Below, piece by piece: positions 6,272 to 14,609 of a stretch of DNA of 34,130 nucleotides (position 1 is its first letter; the number at the start of each line of letters is the position of its first letter). The stretch comes from a virus. Both the position numbers and the translations under genes were made by a program. Location: positions 1 to 34,130 of the IMG/VR virus record IMGVR_UViG_3300022746_000013. The stretch is one strand, 5' to 3'. The notes beneath the pieces are model-generated. The model was given only the letters and a program-made list of their open reading frames with translations, was not told the DNA's origin and did no database searches.

Positions 6272-6453
6272 ATGATGGCGGCAAGGGCGATAAGCAGCGC
6301 CCAACAGACCACAAGAAATGGTCATCTGGTTACGATCAAATCAAATGGACAACAGAAGAAGATGAAGAATTCACCCGATTACAAGACCGTCTTAGCACCA
6401 AACGCCCCTTGGCCCAAAGTGGAGACACCAAAGCCGAAGACGGGGTGGCGTAA
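6268..6453 (+). CDS. Hypothetical 61-aa protein with GGKGDKQRP...YDQIKW motif
   Basis: ATGA coupling and AAGGGGG SD; the N-terminal motif recurs in small phage proteins. Confidence 0.6.
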   Translation: MNDGGKGDKQRPTDHKKWSSGYDQIKWTTEEDEEFTRLQDRLSTKRPLAQSGDTKAEDGVA

Positions 6454-6604
6454 GAGAGTAGCCACTAACAAGGCTCCAAAGCTAAACTTAAATAGTGTTG
6501 AATTAGACTATTTTAGAGAAGCCCGTGAACAACTCAATAAAGCGAAAATTGCCTCAAAATCTAGAACCCGTGACGAGTTATCGGGGCGATTCAAGAATAA
6601 TTGA
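6362..6604 (+). CDS. Hypothetical basic protein in the +1 frame (start uncertain: ATG 6362 or GTG 6419)
   Basis: Only frame covering 6454-6604; it ends 8 nt before the next gene. There is no ATG/GTG/TTG after 6421, so it must overlap the previous ORF. Confidence 0.35.
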   Translation: MKNSPDYKTVLAPNAPWPKVETPKPKTGWRKRVATNKAPKLNLNSVELDYFREAREQLNKAKIASKSRTRDELSGRFKNN

Positions 6605-6611
6605 AGGCTGG

Positions 6612-6725
6612 ATGGGTCGTCAAGAACGCCTTGCAAGGGTCAAAGAACAACGGCTTTGGCATTGCAAGGTGTGTGACGAATACTTCCAAACATTAGGCGA
6701 AGCAAAGGAGCATCGACATGGATAA
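6612..6725 (+). CDS. Zinc-finger microprotein, 37 aa (WHCKVCDEYFQTLGEAKEHRHG)
   Basis: GAAGG SD 4 nt upstream of the ATG at 6612; C-x2-C-x12-H-x-H arrangement. Confidence 0.5.
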   Translation: MGRQERLARVKEQRLWHCKVCDEYFQTLGEAKEHRHG

Positions 6726-6822
6726 TATTGCCGTTCTTTTAGCCATCCTTGGGGCGGGAACAATACTCTTTTTTGGAGTTTTTGCCCTTGTGCTGTCATT
6801 GATGGTTGCGTTAGACGATTGA
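6718..6822 (+). CDS. Hydrophobic micropeptide, 34 aa (MDNIAVLLAILGAGTILFFGVFALVLSLMVALDD)
   Basis: Below the ORF-track cutoff. ATG overlaps the end of the previous ORF; single TM helix; its 3' end overlaps the endolysin 3' end convergently by 12 nt. Confidence 0.4.
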   Translation: MDNIAVLLAILGAGTILFFGVFALVLSLMVALDD

Positions 6823-7464
6823 AGCTAGGCACTTGTCGTATTTGGCTTGACGTTCTGCCAGGCCAATAAGACCGCCATTGATCTTCTTGGTCATCCCCGC
6901 AATGTCGCTTTTGTCTGCGAATGTGGAAAGGGAATTCGTTTTCCAGAACCATCCTGCTGACCTTGCGGCATACATAGGTTCAAGAAGCAAATCAGGATTG
7001 CCGACAAGATCAACACCCAAAGAAGTTCCGCAACGCGCATAGTTGTCCTTTCCTGTGAGTTGTTTAAGCCCACGACCACGGTATTTCCAACCCTCGCCAG
7101 ATTCAGCAGGACCGTTGCCCATGCGTGACGAATAGACAAGGTTAGCAATAAGTTCAGGCTTGCCAGCGATTGAGTTAGCCACCGCAGTAGGGACTAGCTT
7201 TCCGTTCTCTTTAACGGGCTTCTTATCCGCGCCAAGAACAGCAAAACGGTTAGGCCAACAAGCAGCCAAAGTCGCAGCGCGGTAATTAAGATTTTCGGAA
7301 AGCATCGTATAGCCGCCAGATTCGTGCGAAGTCTGAGCGATAAACGCCGCAATCCTTTGAGGCGTGTTAATTTCAAATTCTTGACAAACGGCAACAATTG
7401 CATCAATCCACTTGGCAGGGTCTTTAACACCAGCCGCAGCTAAGTTAAATCCTGTGGGTGTCAT
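6811..7464 (-). CDS. Endolysin, glycoside hydrolase family 19 (chitinase-like), 217 aa
   Basis: FIAQTSHESGGY...NY...YRGRGLKQLTGKDNY matches GH19 catalytic-region motifs; last gene of the leftward unit. Confidence 0.85.
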   Translation of the reverse strand: MTPTGFNLAAAGVKDPAKWIDAIVAVCQEFEINTPQRIAAFIAQTSHESGGYTMLSENLNYRAATLAACWPNRFAVLGADKKPVKENGKLVPTAVANSIAGKPELIANLVYSSRMGNGPAESGEGWKYRGRGLKQLTGKDNYARCGTSLGVDLVGNPDLLLEPMYAARSAGWFWKTNSLSTFADKSDIAGMTKKINGGLIGLAERQAKYDKCLASIV

Positions 7465-7940
7465 TGTTGTTCCTTTTGTTTCTTGTCCACATCTTCTTGC
7501 GCCTTGTTAGACGAGCCGTAAAAGAATCGAATCAGACTGTTCACCGCAGTACCAATCAAGAAACCCAAAATGATGTTGATGAAATCACGGTTGTGGTTGT
7601 CCACGGGCATGAACGACACAGCCCAGAAGTAAGCAAACGAAGCAATGGTCAAGAACCAAGCGTAGTGTTGGCTAAATCTACGGGTTGATTCGTCATTCAT
7701 ATACATATCCGTGGCACGTTGGGTGGACTTTTCATCGAGTGCAGCCATGAACTCAGAATGACGATTAGCTTCTTCCTGCAACTTAGCGTTGTATTCAGGG
7801 GTCGCTTCGCCTTCTGGCTTGAGTTCCATGCCCAACTTAGACTGAACGGCATCAACGCCTTTTTCAATCACTTCGTCAGCAACTTTGTGCATCCCGTTGT
7901 TAATCAGGTTTGCCACGATTCCAGCTACGATTGGTAACAT
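7461..7940 (-). CDS. Putative holin, 159 aa, resembling the 3-TM GTA-type holin family
   Basis: Soluble N-terminal half, then hydrophobic segments AWFLTIASFAYFWAVSF and FINIILGFLIGTAV; ATGA-coupled to the endolysin. Confidence 0.5.
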   Translation of the reverse strand: MLPIVAGIVANLINNGMHKVADEVIEKGVDAVQSKLGMELKPEGEATPEYNAKLQEEANRHSEFMAALDEKSTQRATDMYMNDESTRRFSQHYAWFLTIASFAYFWAVSFMPVDNHNRDFINIILGFLIGTAVNSLIRFFYGSSNKAQEDVDKKQKEQQ

Positions 7941-8137
7941 TACTTTTCCTTCTTCAGTTCTTCTTTAAGCCTGCGAAGCTCTCTAGCTTCCTTCTTTATC
8001 TCTGCTTTCATCCATAGCGTTTCCACATAGGCAATAAAAGACAAAGCAAACACCACAATAAGCACCGCCAGCACAATCAGATGTGCCAAAAAGACGCTCG
8101 TTGAATCGCTTGGTTTTTTACTTGCCACAACAACCAT
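7940..8137 (-). CDS. Membrane protein, 65 aa: one TM helix plus a charged coiled-coil tail
   Basis: VFLAHLIVLAVLIVVFALSFIAYV followed by KAEIKKEARELRRLKEELKKEK; TAATG junction with the holin gene. Confidence 0.55.
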   Translation of the reverse strand: MVVVASKKPSDSTSVFLAHLIVLAVLIVVFALSFIAYVETLWMKAEIKKEARELRRLKEELKKEK

Positions 8138-8763
8138 CCCAAAAAAAGCAACCCAACTATCGCAACGCCAGCGTCAATTGACTTTTCAGCAATCTCACGC
8201 ATTAGCAGTTCTTTTTCTCTCAACAAGGCAGCGTCTTCTCTAGCCTGTTTCTCACGCGCTAACCTTTGTTCTTCTTCTATTTGCTCACGCATTTCCTCAA
8301 ACTGCGACCACAATGCCCCAAGTTCAGGCGGTGAGTGATAGACCATTTGTTCCCTCAACTCCACTTGCATAGCCAGCAGCTTGTTACGAATCATTATCCG
8401 TCTAAGTGCTAAACGCTTCAGCGAAGTGCCTGAAGACTGAAGTTTCTTGGCTTCCCGTTCCTGCTCCCAAAATAGGGCTTCAAGACGGTCAAACGCATCA
8501 AACATTTCCCCAAGGTTGTCGCCAATCTTAAAGATTACGTCATCAGGGTTGGTTTTTGCTACCTCTTGAATACGCGCCTTCTCTGCCTCAATCTTCTTAG
8601 CTTGTTCCTTAGTAACTGTCTTGCCAGCAAATTGCCCAGAAATTTCATCATAGATTTGTTTGACGTTTCCAGCTACGCCTTTAACTTCTTTGTAAAGAGC
8701 GCAGCCATCTTTGACTAACTGAAAAGCCGTGGTAGCCGCAAAAAGAGCAGTCCCGATTGGCAC
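8077..8763 (-). CDS. Coiled-coil protein with C-terminal TM helix, 228 aa (GTG start)
   Basis: ORF track; long E/R/K/Q helical region, C-terminal AGVAIVGLLFLGWLLW; its last 61 nt overlap the next ORF out of frame. Confidence 0.55.
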   Translation of the reverse strand: MPIGTALFAATTAFQLVKDGCALYKEVKGVAGNVKQIYDEISGQFAGKTVTKEQAKKIEAEKARIQEVAKTNPDDVIFKIGDNLGEMFDAFDRLEALFWEQEREAKKLQSSGTSLKRLALRRIMIRNKLLAMQVELREQMVYHSPPELGALWSQFEEMREQIEEEQRLAREKQAREDAALLREKELLMREIAEKSIDAGVAIVGLLFLGWLLWQVKNQAIQRASFWHI

Positions 8764-8764
8764 A

Positions 8765-8950
8765 TTACTTCACATGAGGAGCAATAGAAGCCCAAATCAC
8801 ACCAGCCATGCTAATGGTCAAAATACCAAAAGCCTTGATGATGATGGATTCAAGACGTTTAAGCCGAGCATTGATTTGCTCGTAGCGCATCGCACAAATT
8901 TCTTCATGCGTTGACAATCGTGCATCTGTTGCGTCAATTGTTGCCATCAT
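8765..8950 (-). CDS. Small membrane protein, 61 aa (HEEICAMRYEQI motif plus C-terminal TM)
   Basis: ORF track; hydrophobic AFGILTISMAGVIWASI; first gene of the lysis-proximal cluster. Confidence 0.5.
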   Translation of the reverse strand: MMATIDATDARLSTHEEICAMRYEQINARLKRLESIIIKAFGILTISMAGVIWASIAPHVK

Positions 8951-9082
8951 TGTTTTCTTGAACTTGTGGGTCGGCTTGCTCTTTAATCTGAATGATTAAA
9001 AGATGAGCATTTGACTTGATTGGCAATTCACTTAAAGCGTTTAAAAGAAAATTGACAGAATCAACAGGGAGCTCTAGTTTAA

Positions 9083-9715
9083 TCACGATTGCTCCTCTGC
9101 GGGTTCAGGTGTGTTGCCTTCTTCCAGCGCTCGTTGTGTTGTCCATCCGTAACGCAGTCGGCTACGCAGTTTATCTGGCTTCATGCCAAGCTCCTTTGCC
9201 CATTGAGCAACTGTTTGTCGTTTGCCGCCATATTCTAAGAATACATTGGCCCTAGTGTTGTTTGCTTGCTGTTCGCGGGTAGCCCATCGGCAGTTTGCCT
9301 TATGGTAGTTCCCGTTGCAATCAATGCGGTCAAGGCTCATACCGTCAGGTACTTCACCCATGTCAGACAAGAAGTTTGCAAAATCATCCCAACGCTCATC
9401 GTATGTGATTCCACGGCACGAATAGTCTTGATTGATGCGGTTACAGCGGTTTCGCATAGCCATCCACAATTTGTATGTGCGGCTCTTGGTCATTCCATGC
9501 GTGACATTTGACTTCGCAATCCGTGCTGCGTGTTCACATCCACAAGAACTGACTCGGCCTTGAACCATGTCGGTGGCTGGAATGTTTTTTTGCGTACCGC
9601 AGTCGCACACACATAGCCACCAAGCACCATTGTGCTGACGTTGCTTTTCACCCAACTGCAAAACAGTCAGGCTACCAAAGCGAAAGCCGACAAGATTATT
9701 CAGCGACTTGCCCAT
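9083..9715 (-). CDS. HNH endonuclease with C-terminal HTH, 210 aa
   Basis: SLDRIDCNGNYHKANCRWATREQQANN core and TVAQWAKELGMKPDKLRSRLRYGW tail. Start placed at the third ATG, which has GAGGAAG 6 nt upstream (the ORF extends to 9739). Confidence 0.8.
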   Translation of the reverse strand: MGKSLNNLVGFRFGSLTVLQLGEKQRQHNGAWWLCVCDCGTQKNIPATDMVQGRVSSCGCEHAARIAKSNVTHGMTKSRTYKLWMAMRNRCNRINQDYSCRGITYDERWDDFANFLSDMGEVPDGMSLDRIDCNGNYHKANCRWATREQQANNTRANVFLEYGGKRQTVAQWAKELGMKPDKLRSRLRYGWTTQRALEEGNTPEPAEEQS

Positions 9716-9869
9716 CTGGGACTTCCTCATCTGCGCCATAGACCTTGCCGCCTTCAGCTTGGTACTTTAAAAAGGCTTGGTAGTCTGTATTAGCGGAGTC
9801 GAAGGGGATGAAAGCCCCATCGCTTTTTCGTTGAACATTATTAAAAAAGGTTAATTTATAGTTTTCCAT
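9696..9869 (-). CDS. Hypothetical 57-aa protein after the tail fibre (MENYKLTFFNNVQRKSDGAFIPFDSANTDYQAFLKYQAEGG...)
   Basis: Below the ORF-track cutoff. ATG directly follows the tail-fibre TAA; IP.D..N.DYQ.FL motif recurs in small ORFs next to fibre genes; its 3' end overlaps the HNH gene. Confidence 0.45.
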   Translation of the reverse strand: MENYKLTFFNNVQRKSDGAFIPFDSANTDYQAFLKYQAEGGKVYGADEEVPDGQVAE

Positions 9870-11084
9870 TTAAAGCTCCGCAGATGCAGTATAAGTTCCT
9901 GTGACTTCAGCGTTTACAGCCGTACCTGTTGAAGATGCTTGCAAATACCATGAACTATCCCCTGCTCCGCCTACAACTGGTGTATTTGCCGTACTTGTTG
10001 TTGTATTTGTTAAAACAACAGAAGTTGATGTTCTTTGCGTGGCGGGTAAAGAGATATTTTGTCTAAAAATAGTTCCTGTTGTGTAAGACCCCCAAATCAT
10101 GCTGTAAATACCTTTAGCATAATACCGCTGACACAAAGCCAACTCAGTACCATACGGGCGGTAGTCAAACGATGTGGCTGTGCTGCCTTTTTCTAGTTGA
10201 ACGCCTGTGATGTAGAAGGTTGCTCCAGATGTAGCCATTGGGTTTTGAGCGCCAGTGACAGAGTAATACGTTGTACCAGACCATGCTCCCGCAGTGCCTT
10301 GGTATGTGCTGCCTGATGCAAGGTTAAAAAACAAAACAATTCCTGCACCGTTTGTAGTCAACCAAGTGCCTGACGTATCGCCAGCAATGGTTACGCTCTT
10401 TTGTTCCCAAGTATTTGCTGCGCTAATTGTGTAGGTAAACGGATAGCAACGTGTTGCCGCAGAATTGTTTACAGAGCCGCCAAAGGTTCCAGTTATAGAA
10501 CTACGCACCCAAAACGACAATGTGACTGTTGCAGCACTTGACGTTCCCCACATTAAATCGGCTACGTTGTAGCCTTCAATGGGTTGGTCTAAAACGTAAA
10601 CGTCACCAGCACTTACTGAGTAAGTACCGCTTGCTGTGCAACCAAGATAATTTCTAAACCCTGCTGGTGGGGTTACAGAACCCGCGTTTTGCTGCTGCGT
10701 TGATTTAACACCTACATTGGAATCAATTTTCCAACGGTCTACTGGGAAGCCAGCGGTAGATGATGCCCCCGCATTACGCTGGTCAATCATCATCGCACCA
10801 TTGATGATGCGGTTACGAAAGCCAAAATTTGATGTATTCAACGCATTAAATTCATCATAACGGACAGATTCACCCGATGCTGTACCAGCAGCCAAACCCG
10901 TCAATTTAAACCCACCCATAGGCAAGTTAGCCGTAGGAGTAGCTTGACCATCGCGGCACAATGTCTTGTTAAATGCCGTAGCCATATCGTTGCGGAGTGT
11001 GTTGTTCTCCGTTGCCGATACGGTATCGCCTGTGTTTAACGCCGCACCTGGCAGCGTATACGTTCCTGAACCGTTAAAAGCCAT
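9870..11084 (-). CDS. Tail fibre protein, 404 aa
   Basis: N-terminal ...T.L.ND......N..L.RDGQ......L.MGG.KLTGLA.G...GESV.Y.. is the conserved podoviral fibre N-domain pattern; S/T/G-rich beta C-terminal part. Confidence 0.75.
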   Translation of the reverse strand: MAFNGSGTYTLPGAALNTGDTVSATENNTLRNDMATAFNKTLCRDGQATPTANLPMGGFKLTGLAAGTASGESVRYDEFNALNTSNFGFRNRIINGAMMIDQRNAGASSTAGFPVDRWKIDSNVGVKSTQQQNAGSVTPPAGFRNYLGCTASGTYSVSAGDVYVLDQPIEGYNVADLMWGTSSAATVTLSFWVRSSITGTFGGSVNNSAATRCYPFTYTISAANTWEQKSVTIAGDTSGTWLTTNGAGIVLFFNLASGSTYQGTAGAWSGTTYYSVTGAQNPMATSGATFYITGVQLEKGSTATSFDYRPYGTELALCQRYYAKGIYSMIWGSYTTGTIFRQNISLPATQRTSTSVVLTNTTTSTANTPVVGGAGDSSWYLQASSTGTAVNAEVTGTYTASAEL

Positions 11085-11093
11085 GATCTATCC

Positions 11094-11459
11094 TTACTTC
11101 AATTGGTCTAGTTTATACAAAGTGCTGAGATAAACACCCACGATTTCGTCAATGATGTTATTCAAAGGCGTGTCTTTTGCATCAATAAAGTCACGAGTGT
11201 CTTCAATGACTTCCATGTGGCGGCGCAAAACCTTGTCTGGCTCACCATCAGGCGATTTGATTGAAGCAATAGCACCGATCTTCTTGCCTGTGCGACCCAT
11301 GTAGGCTTCAGCAAACTTGTCAGCAAGTTCCACAATCTCATCATAAAACGCATTGAGCGCCATGTGTTGAGCATAGCTTGAGGTATTCAGATGGGCGCTG
11401 TGAGCATAGTCACGGCTCATAAAGAGAATACCTACGAATTCTTGTGCGTCAGTTTTCAT
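11094..11459 (-). CDS. Dps/mini-ferritin-like four-helix protein, 121 aa
   Basis: H20, H32, D47 and E51 have the same spacing as Dps ferroxidase ligands (12, 15, 4); QHMALNAFYDEIVELADKFAE parallels Dps LHEKFEELYDE.....DEIAER. Confidence 0.6.
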   Translation of the reverse strand: MKTDAQEFVGILFMSRDYAHSAHLNTSSYAQHMALNAFYDEIVELADKFAEAYMGRTGKKIGAIASIKSPDGEPDKVLRRHMEVIEDTRDFIDAKDTPLNNIIDEIVGVYLSTLYKLDQLK

Positions 11460-11501
11460 TAAAATTCCTTGATGTGGTTTATTTTATGCTTTGCGTTTGC
11501 T

Positions 11502-13589
11502 TTACTGACCGAGTACACCTGCGGCAGCACTAGCACCGCCAAGCACTTTAGCCAAGAGCTTCCGTTGCGCTTCATTCAGTTCAAGTTTGGTAGCTGGTAT
11601 TTCGGCCTTCAACGCCTTGCCTGCGGCAACTTCATTCTTTACTGCGCCCGTAACCGCATTAGCAGCACCAACAGCAATATCGGCGCCAGGGATGTGTGAG
11701 GCGGCTCTACCAGCCAATTTACCCATGGGCGATTGCATCAACGATGCCACCAATGTGTTGGATGTGTTTACAGGCGTAGCGTTTGGATGCTTTTCAATGT
11801 AATTGGCCACACGAACCGCAGCCTCATACCGTTGCATTTCGCTTGGGCTAAAGAAAGCTGACATTTTTTCGCTACCCAATTCACGCAACTTTCGAGCAAG
11901 CATTTCAGGTCGAATAGCAGCATCAGCCGTAATGCCTTCACCAAAAGCAGCGCGGCGAATATCCTCTGCAATTTGTGCTTTGGCTTGGTCAAATGCAGGC
12001 GTATCACGCAACGCTTCGGCAAGATGCTTAACTGAATTGGTATCTGACTTGATGACGTATTTTTGAACGAAATTGTCAGGAATAGCCGTTTTTGATTGAA
12101 CAGCACCCATTGCAGGGATTTCTTCAAGCATTTGGAAGCGTTCTTTTGCCGCCTTAACAGCAGGAGCAAAAACACCACCATCTTCAGCAATACTCATTAC
12201 TGAATTCTTAACCGCTGTACGCAATTCGCCTAAAGCGTTAAGAACGGCAGGGTCGTTGCTTTTGTTGGCGTTAATCGTCTTTAAAAGTTTGTCTGCTTCT
12301 TCAACCGTAAACAATTTAGTTTGCTTGCCGCCCATCAAACCATATTTTTCAAACTCTTTGATTGGTAAAGCATTTAACACGTTCTGGCTGTAACGGCTCA
12401 TTACATCGCCAAAATCATTAGCAAGACCGCCCATTGGCACTTCTAAGTCTTTGCCAGCAGACTGACGAGCAGCCTTGTAAAGATCAGAAACGCGCTTGCT
12501 TGCGGCAGCTTCTTGAGCGCCAAGTTCACCCATTAAGACGTTGCCAGCTTGATAAGCCTCTTGCGCTTGAGATGCAGGCTTGCCAAAAATGTCTTGCAAA
12601 GTGCGGTTTTGCTCTGTCAATCGTTCTTGAATTGCAGGCATAGCGCCACGCAAGTTTTTCTCTTGTGCGTATTGAGCAGCATCACGGGTAATCTGACCAC
12701 GTAAAGGCTGGATGCCCAACAATTCAAAATCATGTTTACGCAACAAAGCAGCAGGGTCAATTTCTTTGCCTTGGCGATATGCTTGAAGCAATTGGCTACC
12801 AACCCAATCAAGCGTTTCTTTTGGGATATTTTCAGGCGCAACACCTGAATCTTCTAAATCCCTTACAAGTTGTTTTAATCCGTTAGCAGTTGCACTTTCC
12901 GCTTCTAAAGCGGCAGCTTGTTCAGGAACTAATTTGCGAAGTCCTGCACCCAACAAAGAACCAATTGGTTTTGCAGCAGCGCCAAACAATGCACCAGCGC
13001 CAGCGCCAGAGCCAACATCTTCAGGGTTTACAAGGCCAGCGGCAGCACCGCCAGTAACAGCACCGCCACCAACACGCAAAGCGGCATTGCCAACTTTACC
13101 CATTGTTGTAGCGGCAGGCGCTACATTAAAACCAGCAGATTCAATGGCTTGACCAATACGACCAGCAGCAGGCGCATATTTAGCCGCAGCCATAAAAGGC
13201 TTGGCAATCACACCGCCCACAGGAGCAGTCAGAGCCGCTTCAGCCGCAAATTCACCAGTGCCAGCAGACATTGGGTTTGCAACCTGATATGGAAAAAACT
13301 CAGATTTAAGTTTTTGACGACCTTGTGCTACGTCTTCTTGAAGGGCTTTGCCTGTTTCTTCAGCACCCAACGCAGACAAGCCTTTGCCTGCTAATTCCTG
13401 AAGTGTCAACCCAACCTGACCCGTACCATAACCAAGACCCGCCAAAGCAGATTTAGCCATGCCAGGCGTTTCTAGCTTGCCAGCACGAATCTTTGCAACG
13501 TGATCTTTTAAGATCGGGTCATCAGGCTTAATGTCATCGGGAATGTCCGAGACTGTGATGCCATCTTTGGTTGTGATTGAGTAACCCAT
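11502..13589 (-). CDS. Internal virion / ejection-type protein, 695 aa
   Basis: Large Ala/Gly-rich protein between the tail and fibre genes, as in T7-like gene order; no enzymatic motif recognised. Confidence 0.55.
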   Translation of the reverse strand: MGYSITTKDGITVSDIPDDIKPDDPILKDHVAKIRAGKLETPGMAKSALAGLGYGTGQVGLTLQELAGKGLSALGAEETGKALQEDVAQGRQKLKSEFFPYQVANPMSAGTGEFAAEAALTAPVGGVIAKPFMAAAKYAPAAGRIGQAIESAGFNVAPAATTMGKVGNAALRVGGGAVTGGAAAGLVNPEDVGSGAGAGALFGAAAKPIGSLLGAGLRKLVPEQAAALEAESATANGLKQLVRDLEDSGVAPENIPKETLDWVGSQLLQAYRQGKEIDPAALLRKHDFELLGIQPLRGQITRDAAQYAQEKNLRGAMPAIQERLTEQNRTLQDIFGKPASQAQEAYQAGNVLMGELGAQEAAASKRVSDLYKAARQSAGKDLEVPMGGLANDFGDVMSRYSQNVLNALPIKEFEKYGLMGGKQTKLFTVEEADKLLKTINANKSNDPAVLNALGELRTAVKNSVMSIAEDGGVFAPAVKAAKERFQMLEEIPAMGAVQSKTAIPDNFVQKYVIKSDTNSVKHLAEALRDTPAFDQAKAQIAEDIRRAAFGEGITADAAIRPEMLARKLRELGSEKMSAFFSPSEMQRYEAAVRVANYIEKHPNATPVNTSNTLVASLMQSPMGKLAGRAASHIPGADIAVGAANAVTGAVKNEVAAGKALKAEIPATKLELNEAQRKLLAKVLGGASAAAGVLGQ

Positions 13590-13590
13590 A

Positions 13591-14607
13591 TCAGTAGTTC
13601 ACTTCCACGTTTTTAGGGTTGGATGATTTTGGCTTCAACGCAGGCGTTCCAGCGTTGTAAATCTCAGCAATGTCCCTTGCTCCTGAACCAGCTTGTCGAG
13701 CAAAGCCCTTAATCACCAATTCACGATTTGCACGTTTTTGTGCAATTACTTCAGGCGTGTCGCCAGGCTGCGGGAAATATTGACGTTTTGCACTATCAAA
13801 CTCGCTAGAACCAATAGAAGCACCAGATTCTTGACGCAAGACAGCATTAATAAAGTCTCGTTGAGCTTGTTCAACTTTCAACGCTTCTTCAGGCAAAGCC
13901 CAATTTGTCAACATACCACCAGCGCGGCTTGCTGCGACTTTCCAAGGCGAAACATCTTCTTCCAAAGAATTAAGAATGTTGTGAGATTGAGCAGCGCGTG
14001 TGCCAAACATTGTGCTTTTGCCTTGGAACTCAGTCAAAGGCTTTTCAGGCTGATTGCCTTTCATTGCCGCCAACATTTGCATATGTTGTTGATCTCGTTT
14101 TAAGGCTTCTTCGCCTCGAATACGAGCTTCAGCAATACGAGCATCACGGGCAGCTTGCATTTCAGCAGATTTAAGACCCATTTGAGCAGCCGTTGCCGCA
14201 TCCATGCCAGGCGCTTTAGTTGCCCAAGCCATATAGTCTTGAGTGCTAGGCTGAATAGTGACTTCTTTATGGAAAGGCGATGGCCCCATTTGATTGACAT
14301 TCTCAGGAGTACGCACTTCCATGTCAGAAGTGGTTGCCTTTGGCATTGCGGCCAAATAGTCAGCAGTTTCCTTTTGACGTTGAGCCATCAAGTCTTTAAT
14401 GCCCTGTTGCGCGTTTGCAACATCTTGACCGCCTAAGTAGCTTTTAAGGGCTTGGGCAAGATATTGAGTGGTTGCAGGTGCAACAAAGCGACCTGAGACT
14501 GTTTGGCCTTGTGGGGCTTCTAAGCCTGAATCACGAAGTTTTTGCGCTAGAGCTTGCTGCTCACGCAAGCCCATAATTTGTTCGCTGTAAGGGTCAAATG
14601 TTGCCAT
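13591..14607 (-). CDS. Internal virion-type protein, 338 aa
   Basis: ORF track 13591-14616; start moved to the ATG at 14607, 2 nt after the upstream stop. Confidence 0.55.
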   Translation of the reverse strand: MATFDPYSEQIMGLREQQALAQKLRDSGLEAPQGQTVSGRFVAPATTQYLAQALKSYLGGQDVANAQQGIKDLMAQRQKETADYLAAMPKATTSDMEVRTPENVNQMGPSPFHKEVTIQPSTQDYMAWATKAPGMDAATAAQMGLKSAEMQAARDARIAEARIRGEEALKRDQQHMQMLAAMKGNQPEKPLTEFQGKSTMFGTRAAQSHNILNSLEEDVSPWKVAASRAGGMLTNWALPEEALKVEQAQRDFINAVLRQESGASIGSSEFDSAKRQYFPQPGDTPEVIAQKRANRELVIKGFARQAGSGARDIAEIYNAGTPALKPKSSNPKNVEVNY

Positions 14608-14609
14608 GT

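Noticed and set aside
6272-6361. N-terminal third of the 110-aa tracked ORF (MMAARAISSAQQ...)
   Set aside because: It overlaps the well-supported GGKGDKQRP-motif ORF over its conserved part. Only the distal portion of this frame is needed to cover otherwise non-coding sequence.
9052-9083. Consensus TTGACA on the plus strand with TTTAAT downstream, as a promoter antisense to the HNH gene
   Set aside because: The spacing is 20 nt, no better -10 lies at 16-18 nt, and no plus-strand ORF follows.
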